A stretch of 47,058 bases of DNA, from positions 434,001-481,058 of the forward strand of contig BAAIJX010000015.1 in NCBI GenBank assembly GCA_054600435.1, written 5' to 3'. The translations under genes and the position numbers were made by a program. Source of the DNA: Neophaeotheca triangularis. Taxonomy: Eukaryota. Below, piece after piece: positions 1-9,514 of this stretch; the stretch's first letter is position 1; every line of letters begins with the position of its first letter. The notes beneath the pieces are model-generated. The model searched no databases. It saw only the letters and a list, made by a program, of their open reading frames with translations, and was not told the origin of the DNA.

Positions 1-212
1 AACACTCTTCTTCCGCTGGTGCCATTGGCATACTCTCCGTCAAGAAGACGGTCGATGGCGCCTGGTTGTACTTTGGGCACAACACGGATTCATTCGCCAT
101 TGCTTCCATGCATTCGGATGAGAGTAAGCCCCAAACCACCATGAGTCGCAAGTCGGGTAGTAGCTCACTTGCGCAGGGGGGTAGGGGGATCAGATTTCGC
201 AAGAGGAAATGA
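1..212 (+). CDS. 3' end (partial) of a Taspase1-like / type-2 asparaginase Ntn-hydrolase
   Basis: Not in the ORF track. Frame from nt 3 reads HSSSAGAIGILSVKKTVDGAWLYFGHNTDSFAIASMHSDESKPQTTMSRK...AQGGRGIRFRKRK*, TGA at 210-212. The AGAIG...YFxHNTDSFA motif matches my recollection of fungal threonine-aspartase C-termini. Confidence 0.75.
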   Translation, partial: HSSSAGAIGILSVKKTVDGAWLYFGHNTDSFAIASMHSDESKPQTTMSRKSGSSSLAQGGRGIRFRKRK

Positions 213-1624
213 GAAGGGGGAGGGGGCGGTTGTAGCGGGTGTGCATAGATTGAGGAGGTAGTCTTGCTTTGCTTGGTGGAATAGCGGGCGAGGCGTTCGG
301 AACACATTGCTTTCAATGTGGCTCTTGCATTTTCCTGAGCTCCTTTGCTTGGTACGCGATACCCTCGTACCTAGCCGCATATGATAACCTGAGAATGAGA
401 ACACAGGATGAGGATGGTATTGCGCGCACTACGAAGGGATTAACGCTTCGACACTGATGACTTCCTAAGCATCACATGAATAGTCTAATCCTCTGTTGAC
501 CGAAGCTAACGACACTACGAGGAGAGATATACCCACTGCTCCGCGTGGGCTAATTGCAGTCAAAAGCCGAAGAGGGGAGTAGCTAGAGATCACTGTAGCA
601 AAAAGTACCACCTTTTCCAAAATCGTCGACTAATCTATCCATAGCATATAGAGTCTTGCTACACAGTCATGGTATGGACTATGGGGGCTGTAAAGGATTT
701 GAAGATACCTGAGTAATATCTAGGACCACATTCACATGATATTCTGACAGACCTGACTATAAGATCATCGACTACAGCGATTTTACGCTGGAACAGTCAC
801 GGCTCTATCACGAAGTAGCTGAGGGTGAGTGAATGTTGCCGGGTGGGAAACTTACCCTAAAGGCAAACCCGACTAACTGACTGACGAAACAATCGCTTTC
901 ATGGCCCGCCCACTCACTACATAAGCAGGCCGCCAACTAACAAAGACAGATGACACCCCTCTAAGCAGCAATCCAAAGAAAGTATACCTCTAAAAAAGCA
1001 ACAATCAGTTATCACCAATGAACGGCTAAATACCTCATGTTAGTAGTAGAAATCATAGCAAGCGTGCTACATAATATATACTTCATAAGCGCCCAGGATA
1101 CATGCCGAGAAGAGAGGCATTATAGTCCACCTACCGTACCCATTACCTCGACGACCATCCCAATCGTAACGATAACGAGTACAAGTCAAAGTATCTTGCC
1201 GTCGGAGATCAAAATGGCTCGGGTGGTGGACTTGGCTTGTAAGTGGATCATGGGCGGGAGCGTTTCTCCTTGAGCTATAATGTAGAGAACACCCCGCTGA
1301 CCTAGTCCTAGAGGTTGTGGTGAGGGGTTTTTCTTCCGTAATGAGCACGCACATGTCGATACTGGCAAGCTTGTTCCATGTCTTTCTTGCTTGCGCTGGA
1401 CTTCGTTGGTGGAAACCTTCAGGAGGGAACGTCTACATCAACAATTACATCGCAGTTCTTTGATCATTGACAATGACTAGACAGATCTGGCCAACCAGCA
1501 AGAAGAAATCTTCACAACGACTATATTTGTTTTGATACTCACGTGACCTTATGCTCGACGGGAAACCACGAGCGAGCTTCACACTCTCGCTTCCGTTCGA
1601 GCCAATCACAACGTCCAAAAGACG

Positions 1625-1721
1625 GGTCAGGTGTCCGAGTGGTTATGGAGCTGCGTTTAGGCCTATCTAAACACTTTTCCGCAGTGGCGTTGCCTCGCGC
1701 GTTCGAATCGCGCCCTGATCA
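1625..1721 (+). tRNA. tRNA-Leu(UAG) with a 17-nt canonical intron (1662-1678)
   Basis: Acceptor GGTCAGG/CCTGATC plus discriminator A; anticodon stem CTGCG/CGCAG with TAG at 1658-1660; long variable arm TGGCGTTGCCTC; T-arm GCGCG-TTCGAAT-CGCGC; intron CTAAAC pairs with GTTTAG; T10 terminator at 1731-1740. Confidence 0.95.
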
Positions 1722-2572
1722 ACATTATTGTTTTTTTTTTCTAAATCTTGTATCTAGTCTTCGTTGGTTTCTTTTTCTTTTCTTTTTTCTCTTTTCCCGC
1801 GTTGGCTCGTAGGCACAAGATGCGTACAGGAGGGAATTGGGGATTTTGCGCTTTTGCGAGAAGAGGTTGTGTCTTTGTCCGGTGCTTTGTAGATGGATGG
1901 CGCTGGATATGCATGGTGACCATCCACACGATCGCGTTTTATTATTATCTGCTTGCCTCTAAAAACTGCCAGGGGAGTAAAAGAAAGAGTTTAAGAATTT
2001 TTCGCTTGATACTTGCCAGAGTACATTGGAGGTGTAACGCATTAAACACCATAGCTCCGTGGTCTAATGTATTTCAAACGCAAGCGTGATAAGAGTCGAA
2101 GAAACTCGCGGTTTCTGCATACATGCAAGCTGAATACATCACAATTTGCCATCCGCCGAGTCATCTACGCACGAGAAACCGCTGGACGAAGAGAAACTAC
2201 GACGGCGCCTGCGTCTGCTGCGAGATGATCGTTTATCGGAATCGGCGGTCAGCCGGATTCACGCGCATGACGGATTCAGCCAGAAAGATATCGCGTGGGT
2301 GTAGAGCGAGCGCATCATGTGTAAACTCCGAATCGACAATCTAGCTTCTTAGACGGTCTGCAGTCACCGCGAGAGATTCAGCTTTCTGACCGATGTTGCG
2401 AAATAATAAGGTTAGCCGACGGAGCAACGGCGTTGGGGTATCTAATCTTAGGAAACAACTCAAAAACGCTTTTATGTCGGAGAATGCTTGATATAGATGG
2501 CATCGCACGCAATCGCCCCCCCTCCTCAAGTTCAGTTCGCACACGTAATGGAGCTCTAGCCTCTGCACTGCT

Positions 2573-3886
2573 TCACCTCAAATCATCCAAGTCGAGAAAG
2601 TCTTTTAGTTCGCTAGGCATATTCGGAGGGCCTTGCGGCAGTCCTATCCACTTGATCGGGAAGCGGTGGATGTCTGTGGCATTTCCTATCGATCCTTGCG
2701 CATCCAAAGCAATTTCAAGACTCGAGTCCCCTGATCCATAGGATGTGGGCTCGACGAGGAGAGACAGTCGATCGCTCAAAGGGCGTGGTTTTAGCATTCC
2801 CACGGCTTTCGCGGGCTGGGCGGTGTTGTTGTTGCTGTTGCCGTTGAGGCTTTTGATCGTGAGTTGGGAGTCTGGGATCGACAGGGAGAAGCTGGTTGTC
2901 TTTGCGACGTTGATGATGTGGAGGAGGTTTTTTCTTTGTCGGAGCATTTTCAGCGCCGGGAGGTCTTGGGCGTCTTTTTGTGAGCAGTCTGCAGATGTTT
3001 GAGAGCGGGAACAGTCGAAGGTGCCGGCGCCGTTTAGTAGGATGCTGTCTGGTGGGTTGGATATGTTCCCGGCGTTGGCTGGTGAGTGGTACCAATCGCT
3101 CACTAAGAGGAGATACTCATCGTAGGTCGGTGTTGCTGCGGGCTTGTGTACAAAGAGACCGCCGTGTACCACATGATGCTGCTGAGTGCCGTCGGTCAAC
3201 CGGTACGAGAAAGGCCCATACTCTTCTTCGCCTGTAGTGAAGTCAAGCGTCGTGCTTTTCCCAGCCGGTAGTCTCGAGATGTTGGCAGCCTTAGCATCGG
3301 ATAGCCCAGCCCACTGTATTGTGACTTCATCTTCAAGCGTATTCTCCACCTCGATCTTCAAGGTATCACCAGGTCGAGCCTCGATAGTTGGGCCGGGCCA
3401 TTGCTCGTTGATGAGGTAGAGCTGCTGGAGCACACCGTCTGGCCTCCTACTGCCTTGGGTGATGCGCCAGCTCTCGTGTATTGTTTTTGGTTCACGACTG
3501 ATGTGGTCTAGGGGGTGGAGTGCAAAGTCCATTATGGGCTGCGGTGTTTCGGGTGCGCTCTCGAGGGTGGGAGCTGTAGTGGGAGGTAGTATTGATTTGG
3601 TAGGTGAATGGTGTGCTTTAGTCGCTGCCTGCTCGGTCTCAGGGGCAGAATGGGTGTGAGTGGATGGAGAGGGTGTGGTGTATGCATTCAGCAGGACAAA
3701 GACAATGAGCAGCGTTGAGATCAAGGCTATCGTCGACACCACCTTCCGGGTACGTGACGTGGCGTTTCTGGTTGCCTGGTAAGAAGAGTCCCAGCGAAAG
3801 GAGTTTGTCCGTTGGTCGTTGTTGTCGTCGTTGTCGTCGTCGTCGTCCAGCCCCGCGTTGACCGGCTTGTAGCGTGAAGCAGCCAT
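2573..3886 (-). CDS. Membrane-anchored multicopper-oxidase-like protein (about 437 aa), copper ligands degenerate
   Basis: ATG at 3886 (MAASRYKPV); TM helix VVSTIALISTLLIVFVLL; S/T/P stalk; laccase-type motifs RPDGV..LINEQWPGPTIEARPGDTL.IEVEN, LLVSDWYH, PDSILLNG, LHIIN. The HWHG and WYHSH positions read QWAG and SYRLT. Confidence 0.8.
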   Translation of the reverse strand: MAASRYKPVNAGLDDDDDNDDNNDQRTNSFRWDSSYQATRNATSRTRKVVSTIALISTLLIVFVLLNAYTTPSPSTHTHSAPETEQAATKAHHSPTKSILPPTTAPTLESAPETPQPIMDFALHPLDHISREPKTIHESWRITQGSRRPDGVLQQLYLINEQWPGPTIEARPGDTLKIEVENTLEDEVTIQWAGLSDAKAANISRLPAGKSTTLDFTTGEEEYGPFSYRLTDGTQQHHVVHGGLFVHKPAATPTYDEYLLLVSDWYHSPANAGNISNPPDSILLNGAGTFDCSRSQTSADCSQKDAQDLPALKMLRQRKNLLHIINVAKTTSFSLSIPDSQLTIKSLNGNSNNNTAQPAKAVGMLKPRPLSDRLSLLVEPTSYGSGDSSLEIALDAQGSIGNATDIHRFPIKWIGLPQGPPNMPSELKDFLDLDDLR

Positions 3887-4239
3887 GGAATGATGATGAA
3901 TGATCACCACAGCGAGTAGAGGGTGCTGATGTAGATAGATATTAGTATTATCGATGTGAGGGCAGTCTGTCCATCTTGTCACTTGGGGCGCGAGACAACT
4001 GGAACCCCTTAAAGTCTCTCCTCTGTTGGATATGATGCCCGTATCGTCAGCGCCTCCTCGTGTTCGCTTCCAAGTCAGCCAGGCTTCAGCTCGTCGGCTG
4101 TCTGTGCGAAGCCGTCACACCTCAGCTCCCGGCTGCTCACTGCCCACCACACTCACCTATAATACGTAGTATCTTCAATACACGTGCAATTCCATGTCGG
4201 ACAAAGCCATCGGACTGAAGTGGTCTATCTATCTATCTA

Positions 4240-4560
4240 CGTTGTAAGGAAGAAGCTATTTGCCTGAAGGTGGTAGGTAACAGCGACGACAGCTACGGCG
4301 TCTCCAACCACCAACACGCCATGCCCTCAAAACCATCCCCAACCCGACAGAAAACCCCAACTCCCAACTTACACCTGACTCTCATTAAATCACGGCAATT
4401 CGACCTCGGACACCTCCTTCCCCAAGTGCCTACAAAGCGGCCCCCACCCACTACCGATCCCATACTCCAGTAACCTCCCCCCCTCCTCTCTAGCCTCCAG
4501 GCAACCCCTAACGACCTCATGATCCTCCTGATAAGCCGCCCTCTGTATCCGATCATTTCC
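4240..4560 (-). pseudogene. Relic of a Sulfotransfer_4-type (P-loop sulfotransferase-like) gene, C-terminal fragment
   Basis: Minus frame from 4560: RAAYQEDHEVVRGCLEAREEGGRLLEYGIGSGWGPLCRHLGKEVSEVELP*FNE, resembling the family motif RLLEy.lgsGWePLCeFLGkeVPd.pFPrvNe. Stops at 4390-4392 and downstream; no N-terminal half visible. Confidence 0.7.
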
Positions 4561-4710
4561 GGAGTGTCGTCTATGTATGCGATCACATCACCAAACACAA
4601 GAAGCGAGTCGAAGCCGGTTCTTAACCATAATTCCGACTGCAGGCTTAACATCACATGATACATAAATACTAGTATCGCACCGCTAGATAGACATGCCTC
4701 CCCACAACCA

Positions 4711-7035
4711 CTAAACCTCGACAACCTTCGGCCTGCCCTTGCGATCAACCCGCTGGTCCCTGGGATCAAATCCCCCCTTGCCCCAAAGCGCCCACTCAGG
4801 CGTCGGCTTGCCAATGTAATCCTCCGGCGAAAAGGGCTCGCCGCTCTCCAAACACTGGAAAAATTTCGCATAGTCGATGAGGGTATGCCACTTTGGCTCG
4901 CCCTGGGGGTCCTCCTCCGCTGGCCGGAAGAACCGCTGTCGATCCGCCAGCAGGATGCAACAGCTGTGCGCGTGCTCGGCGCCGACACCGTAGTCCAGAC
5001 CCCGCCGCTTGAGGGCCGCTTCCAGCGCTAGCACAAACGTGCACACTTCTTCGTAGAAGGGCACGTTCTGCATGGATAGTCCTGCGCCCGCTGCCGTCGA
5101 AGTGCCGCAGTATGTGACTCCTTTGACTTCGACGAAACCGGGTAGAGCGCGCTCTACAAGGTCGGCGTAACCCTCGGCCTCTTCCTCAACGTTGAAACCT
5201 TTGACGAGCGTGAGGCGGAAGACGGTGCGGTGGGTGAAGCGCTTGCGGCCGAGAATGTCCATGCAGCGGATGAAGCGTTCCCAGAAATCGCGGTGCAGCG
5301 GACGATCGATTTTCTTGAGACTTTCCTTGTTGCTTGCGTCGATGGAGACGTAGAGTTGAGTCACGGGACCAAGGCTTTCGAGTTGGTCCGGGTGTTGGGC
5401 GTTGCAGACGAGGAAGCTGGAGATGTGCTCGCGGTGCAGCATCGCTAGAAGGTCGTTGATGTAGGGGTAGAAGATGGGCTCGCCGACGAGTGATAGAGCG
5501 CAGTGCCGGATCCTCATGGCTTCTTGGAAGCGCTCCGCTCGAACACCTGGGACGCCTTTCATCATTTTAATTTTCTTGTAATGACCTTCTTTCATTCCGT
5601 CAAAGACGAGCTCGGGTCTGTCGACTTCCCAACGCCATGTGGTGCCTACTGGGTTCGTGCCATGGCGCCAGCAGAAAACGCACTTGTTGCTGCAGCTTAG
5701 ACTTGGTGTGGCTTCCATGCAAAGATGAGAGGCGATTCCGTAGAAGGAGAACTTGTAGCAAGAACCGCGACCACGGAGAGCGGATTTGGTCCAACGGCAA
5801 ATCTTGACGCCAGAGTGAGAGCCGACGATAGTGTAGCCCTGCTTCGTCAAGGACTGATATGTTGGTGAAGATACAGGAACCATAGCCTTGGGCGCAGCGA
5901 CTTCATCTTTGCGCGATGATTTCGACGTCGTGGTGAAATCCACTGGAATGGGTGTCTTGCCGCCCAAATCCTCCAAATCAGCCGTCTTGGACCGCTTCAT
6001 TCCTTTCCGCTGCGGCTTCTTAGGAAGAGTAACAGTATCCGCGTCCACTTCATCTTCAGCCTCAGCTTCCTCCTCGTCTTCGCTCTCCACAGCTTTTCCA
6101 CTCCCCACAACGCCTTCTCCAAAACCTTTTCCAGCAGCCAAATCCAGTAACACCCCTTGCACACCCTCCTGCCATTCCTCCAGCCTCTTCTGAGCATCAC
6201 TCCTCACATCACCCATTCCGAGCGGGAACGCCCTCTTCCGCCCTGTCAGTTTAGCCATCCACTTGTCCACCTCGACAGCCTGGCTGCAATATCCTTCCTG
6301 CTCCGTCGGCCATTCCTGACGATCGCCAAACCCAAAGACGCTATATCCAGCCAGGCCAGACAACGGCGCCGTGTCAATCCTGAAATCGTTGTGAGTCTCT
6401 TCCAAATGTTCCAAAAACCGGCCAAGGTCGGTGTCGATATTGTAGCTCGGTAGGAGTATAAGGTAAAAGTGCGCACTACTCTTGCTGGGGCCGCTTGGTG
6501 GGCTGACGAAGAAGTCGTCGTAGTCGAGTTCTGTCAAGTCGTGTAGGATCGGTGGCTGTACGCTTGCAATGGCATCCGGGGCGGGCTTGATTTCAAAGTC
6601 TCTGGCGAATGCTTCGGCGTGGGCTTTTGTAGAGCCGCCGACGGAATAGTAGAAGATGAGAGGCTGAATACTCTCTAGATTGGAGCCAGCGTTGCGACCA
6701 TTGGGAGACGCCTTGTTGCGTTTGACACCTGTCACTCGTTTGGGTCCGGCTCGAGATTTAGTGGGGGGTTCTGTAGCCACTGGCGGACCATGATCGAAGT
6801 GGTCGGCTTCCGCCAGAAGCTCCTTTGCTGGTACATGGGGTGTCTCCAAGCGCTTCTCGTCCAAGGGAGATCCGGGCGGAGACTTGGTCGTTGGCTGGGC
6901 GCGTCGGCTTCTCCAATGGACGGCTAGTTGAACAGCTGCCACCAATAGCCCCGCTGAAAATAGTATCTCGATGCGGTAGGCATGCCAGAGGTAGAGCAGC
7001 TCTCCAGGTAAGTCCAGCAGTTTGTTTTCGTCCAT
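4711..7035 (-). CDS. TYW1: tRNA 4-demethylwyosine synthase (flavodoxin + radical SAM), intronless
   Basis: ATG at 7035 (MDENKLL); N-terminal TM segment; flavodoxin-like domain; GYTIVGSHSGVKICRWTK, CSNKCVFCWRH (CxxxCxxC), HCALSLVGEP, EVKGVTYCG. Confidence 0.96.
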   Translation of the reverse strand: MDENKLLDLPGELLYLWHAYRIEILFSAGLLVAAVQLAVHWRSRRAQPTTKSPPGSPLDEKRLETPHVPAKELLAEADHFDHGPPVATEPPTKSRAGPKRVTGVKRNKASPNGRNAGSNLESIQPLIFYYSVGGSTKAHAEAFARDFEIKPAPDAIASVQPPILHDLTELDYDDFFVSPPSGPSKSSAHFYLILLPSYNIDTDLGRFLEHLEETHNDFRIDTAPLSGLAGYSVFGFGDRQEWPTEQEGYCSQAVEVDKWMAKLTGRKRAFPLGMGDVRSDAQKRLEEWQEGVQGVLLDLAAGKGFGEGVVGSGKAVESEDEEEAEAEDEVDADTVTLPKKPQRKGMKRSKTADLEDLGGKTPIPVDFTTTSKSSRKDEVAAPKAMVPVSSPTYQSLTKQGYTIVGSHSGVKICRWTKSALRGRGSCYKFSFYGIASHLCMEATPSLSCSNKCVFCWRHGTNPVGTTWRWEVDRPELVFDGMKEGHYKKIKMMKGVPGVRAERFQEAMRIRHCALSLVGEPIFYPYINDLLAMLHREHISSFLVCNAQHPDQLESLGPVTQLYVSIDASNKESLKKIDRPLHRDFWERFIRCMDILGRKRFTHRTVFRLTLVKGFNVEEEAEGYADLVERALPGFVEVKGVTYCGTSTAAGAGLSMQNVPFYEEVCTFVLALEAALKRRGLDYGVGAEHAHSCCILLADRQRFFRPAEEDPQGEPKWHTLIDYAKFFQCLESGEPFSPEDYIGKPTPEWALWGKGGFDPRDQRVDRKGRPKVVEV

Positions 7036-7132
7036 ATTCGACCGTGGTGGTCTTGAGGTTGTTGCGGTCAACCCCACCGCCGTTTTTGCTCGTCAGGCAC
7101 GTCAGGGTCTGACTGATCGTGGGGCGGGTGTT

Positions 7133-7179
7133 GATAAAGCACGATAAGATACTTATCTTATCTTATCTTATCTTATCTT
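7133..7179. promoter_or_regulatory. Cluster of 7 GATAA motifs including (CTTAT)5, in the divergent TYW1 / PQ-loop intergenic region
   Basis: GATAA at 7133 and 7143 on +; five tandem GATAAG on - (7152-7179). GATA-factor binding is inferred only. Confidence 0.5.
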
Positions 7180-7468
7180 GCCACCACCCACTTAGTAGGT
7201 ATGAACGTGTGTCGTTTGTTGGACGCGCCGTGGCCTGACCTGACCTGATCTGACCCGAGCAAAGACGGGCCACCCGACTGTACATTGTTTGTCACTTCCC
7301 TACATTCAAGAATACTCAATACTTTCAACCCCTTGCTTTCGGAGGAACGGCCATCTATTTGTTTCAACACGAACATGTGACCCTCCACCGTGTCAGCACC
7401 CTCCACCGTCTTCCAACACCCTTCAAAAACCCTCCCGCCCTAACCGCCAACCGTATCCAAGCACGAAC

Positions 7469-8690
7469 ATGGCTTCCACCCTCGAACTGGCAACATCAGT
7501 CTCGTCAGTCTCGGAGCACTGTCGCAAACTTGAGTCTCCCAACCCATTCGCCGTGCTTCTAGCTGCATTCCTCGTCGCCGGCATCATCGTCTCCTACCTC
7601 CCGCAACACATCAAAATCGCCGCTAGGCGCTCGTCTGAAGGTCTCTCGCCATGGTGGGTGCTTCTGGGCGGTCTCTCCTCCATAGCAGCCATTGGGAACA
7701 TACTCGTACTTCCAGAGAGCAGAAAGGATGTCGCCTGCTGTAAGGAAGTCTCGGGCAAGGCTTGCGCCGCTGCCCTGCTGGGTATCGCCCAGATTGGCGT
7801 GCAATGGGGGAGTTTCATGTTCATGTAAGCCTCTCTCACTTCTCTGCCGCTTTGGGTTTGAAGCCGCTTTGGGTTTGAACAGCATACTACGCTGTAGCTA
7901 GATGAATATATACTAATGAACCCGTTCCAGAGTAATGCTCTTTCTCATCTTCTTTCCCACCCGGCCATCCACGGACCTATCATCCTCGACTGCCTCAATC
8001 ACCTCCTCCCCGCCTCCAAAGCGTCGCGACGCTGTCTTTGTCGGCTTCACCACTCTGGCAGCTCTCTTAGGCGTCGGAATCACCTCGATTGCACTGGTTG
8101 CTTCATATCCAAAACACACTCAAAATTGGGCCAACATTCTCGGCGTCTTCGCAGGGGTGCTTTCAGCCGTTCAATATGTGCCACAAATCTGGTTTACCTA
8201 CCGTCTGGGAGATGTCAAGAGCTTGTCGGTCGTGACGATGCTCATACAAGTGCCAGGCGCATTTCTGTTCGCATTCTCTTTGTGGTTGAGGGTCGGCTGG
8301 GTTGGCTGGAGCACTTGGCTCGTTTATTGCATCACGGGTACACTGCAAGCTGTCCTTTTGTGTCTGGCTGTTGGCTACTGGATCGCAGAGCGTCAAATGG
8401 CTGCAAAAGAATCAGACGACGAGTCAGCGACGGGTTGTGATGACGTGGATGGAACTACGGACGAGCCAACAAGTAGGCCGGCAGATGAGAGAACTTCTTT
8501 GCTCAGTCACGAGCGTGGCAGTCTGCAAAATGGACGTCCGCGGGCGGAAAGCAGTAAGAGCCGAAGCAAAAGCTACAGTGGGAAGAGCAGACCAAAGCCT
8601 GTTGAGGATTCTCGCAGAAGGGCAAGTTCGCGCCAATTCGGCATGTTGTATGCCGCCACTCCACCGGAGCATGATTCCGACAGTGTCTAG
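7469..8690 (+). CDS. PQ-loop repeat membrane protein; exons 7469-7824, 7931-8690
   Basis: Two PQ motifs (SYLPQHIKI..SSEGLS; QYVPQIWFT..VKSLS) and several TM helices. Intron 7825-7930 (GTAAGC..ACTAAT..CAG) joins the frames correctly. Confidence 0.92.
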
Positions 8691-9514
8691 AAAATAACGA
8701 AAGCGATGGAAACGATTTCACGAGGGCCTACGCCGCAGAAGCGACTGTCTCAGCCCACTATGTTCCAGGAAGCCACATGCTCAAGCGCATGCGCGCAGCA
8801 GATCCCGCCAATGCGAGATACCCAGTTCAGGTTCTGAGGCCGAATAAGATACTGAACAATGAAGCACGTCGCGCGCAGTGCAACTATAACAAAGGAAGCA
8901 TCAACTGCCAGCATTCCACCGACGGCAAGAATGCTTGGCAGGTCTCACCAACGACATTTACAACATCTGCACAACGAACGTTCAGACTTCCAGCTTCGAA
9001 TCCTCAATGAGCTACATTGGCTAGCAAGTTTGATACAATATTCGCTAACACGTTGCTTTGCTTGGACCGTTATCATTATTCCTCGAGCAGGAAGACCTCA
9101 CCGCGGCGAAACTCACAGAGTAGGTAGGTGGCAGCAGTAATAGGCAGGTGTCAAAACACGCAACTAGACTGAACTTGACATGCTTTCTCTTTCCTGTTAG
9201 TCTCTCCCACTATCGTTGTCTTGTCATCAAGTTTACAACACGTTGTCTCGCAAAGTTATTGGCGATAGCGTTTTGAAACCACACAGTGCAACGCCTCGCA
9301 TGAGACGCCTGCTCGCAACGCACAACGCTTCTGCCTATATCTGAAGCCCTCTCCTTCCGCAACAGTTCCAGAAACCACTCTACTTGCATTGTTTCCTTGT
9401 TGCGGCACCTCCAGATCCACCTCCCACAATCGAATAACCCCCCTTTGTCGATCCTCCACTCGAACCAGCCGAATCCGGCCACCACCCTCAACAAAGACAA
9501 AGACTTCGACCATA

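Noticed and set aside
2130..2410. Protein-like frame HEKPLDEEKLRRRLRLLRDDRL... interrupted by TAG stops
   Set aside because: Short, no start or splice context, no recognisable family.
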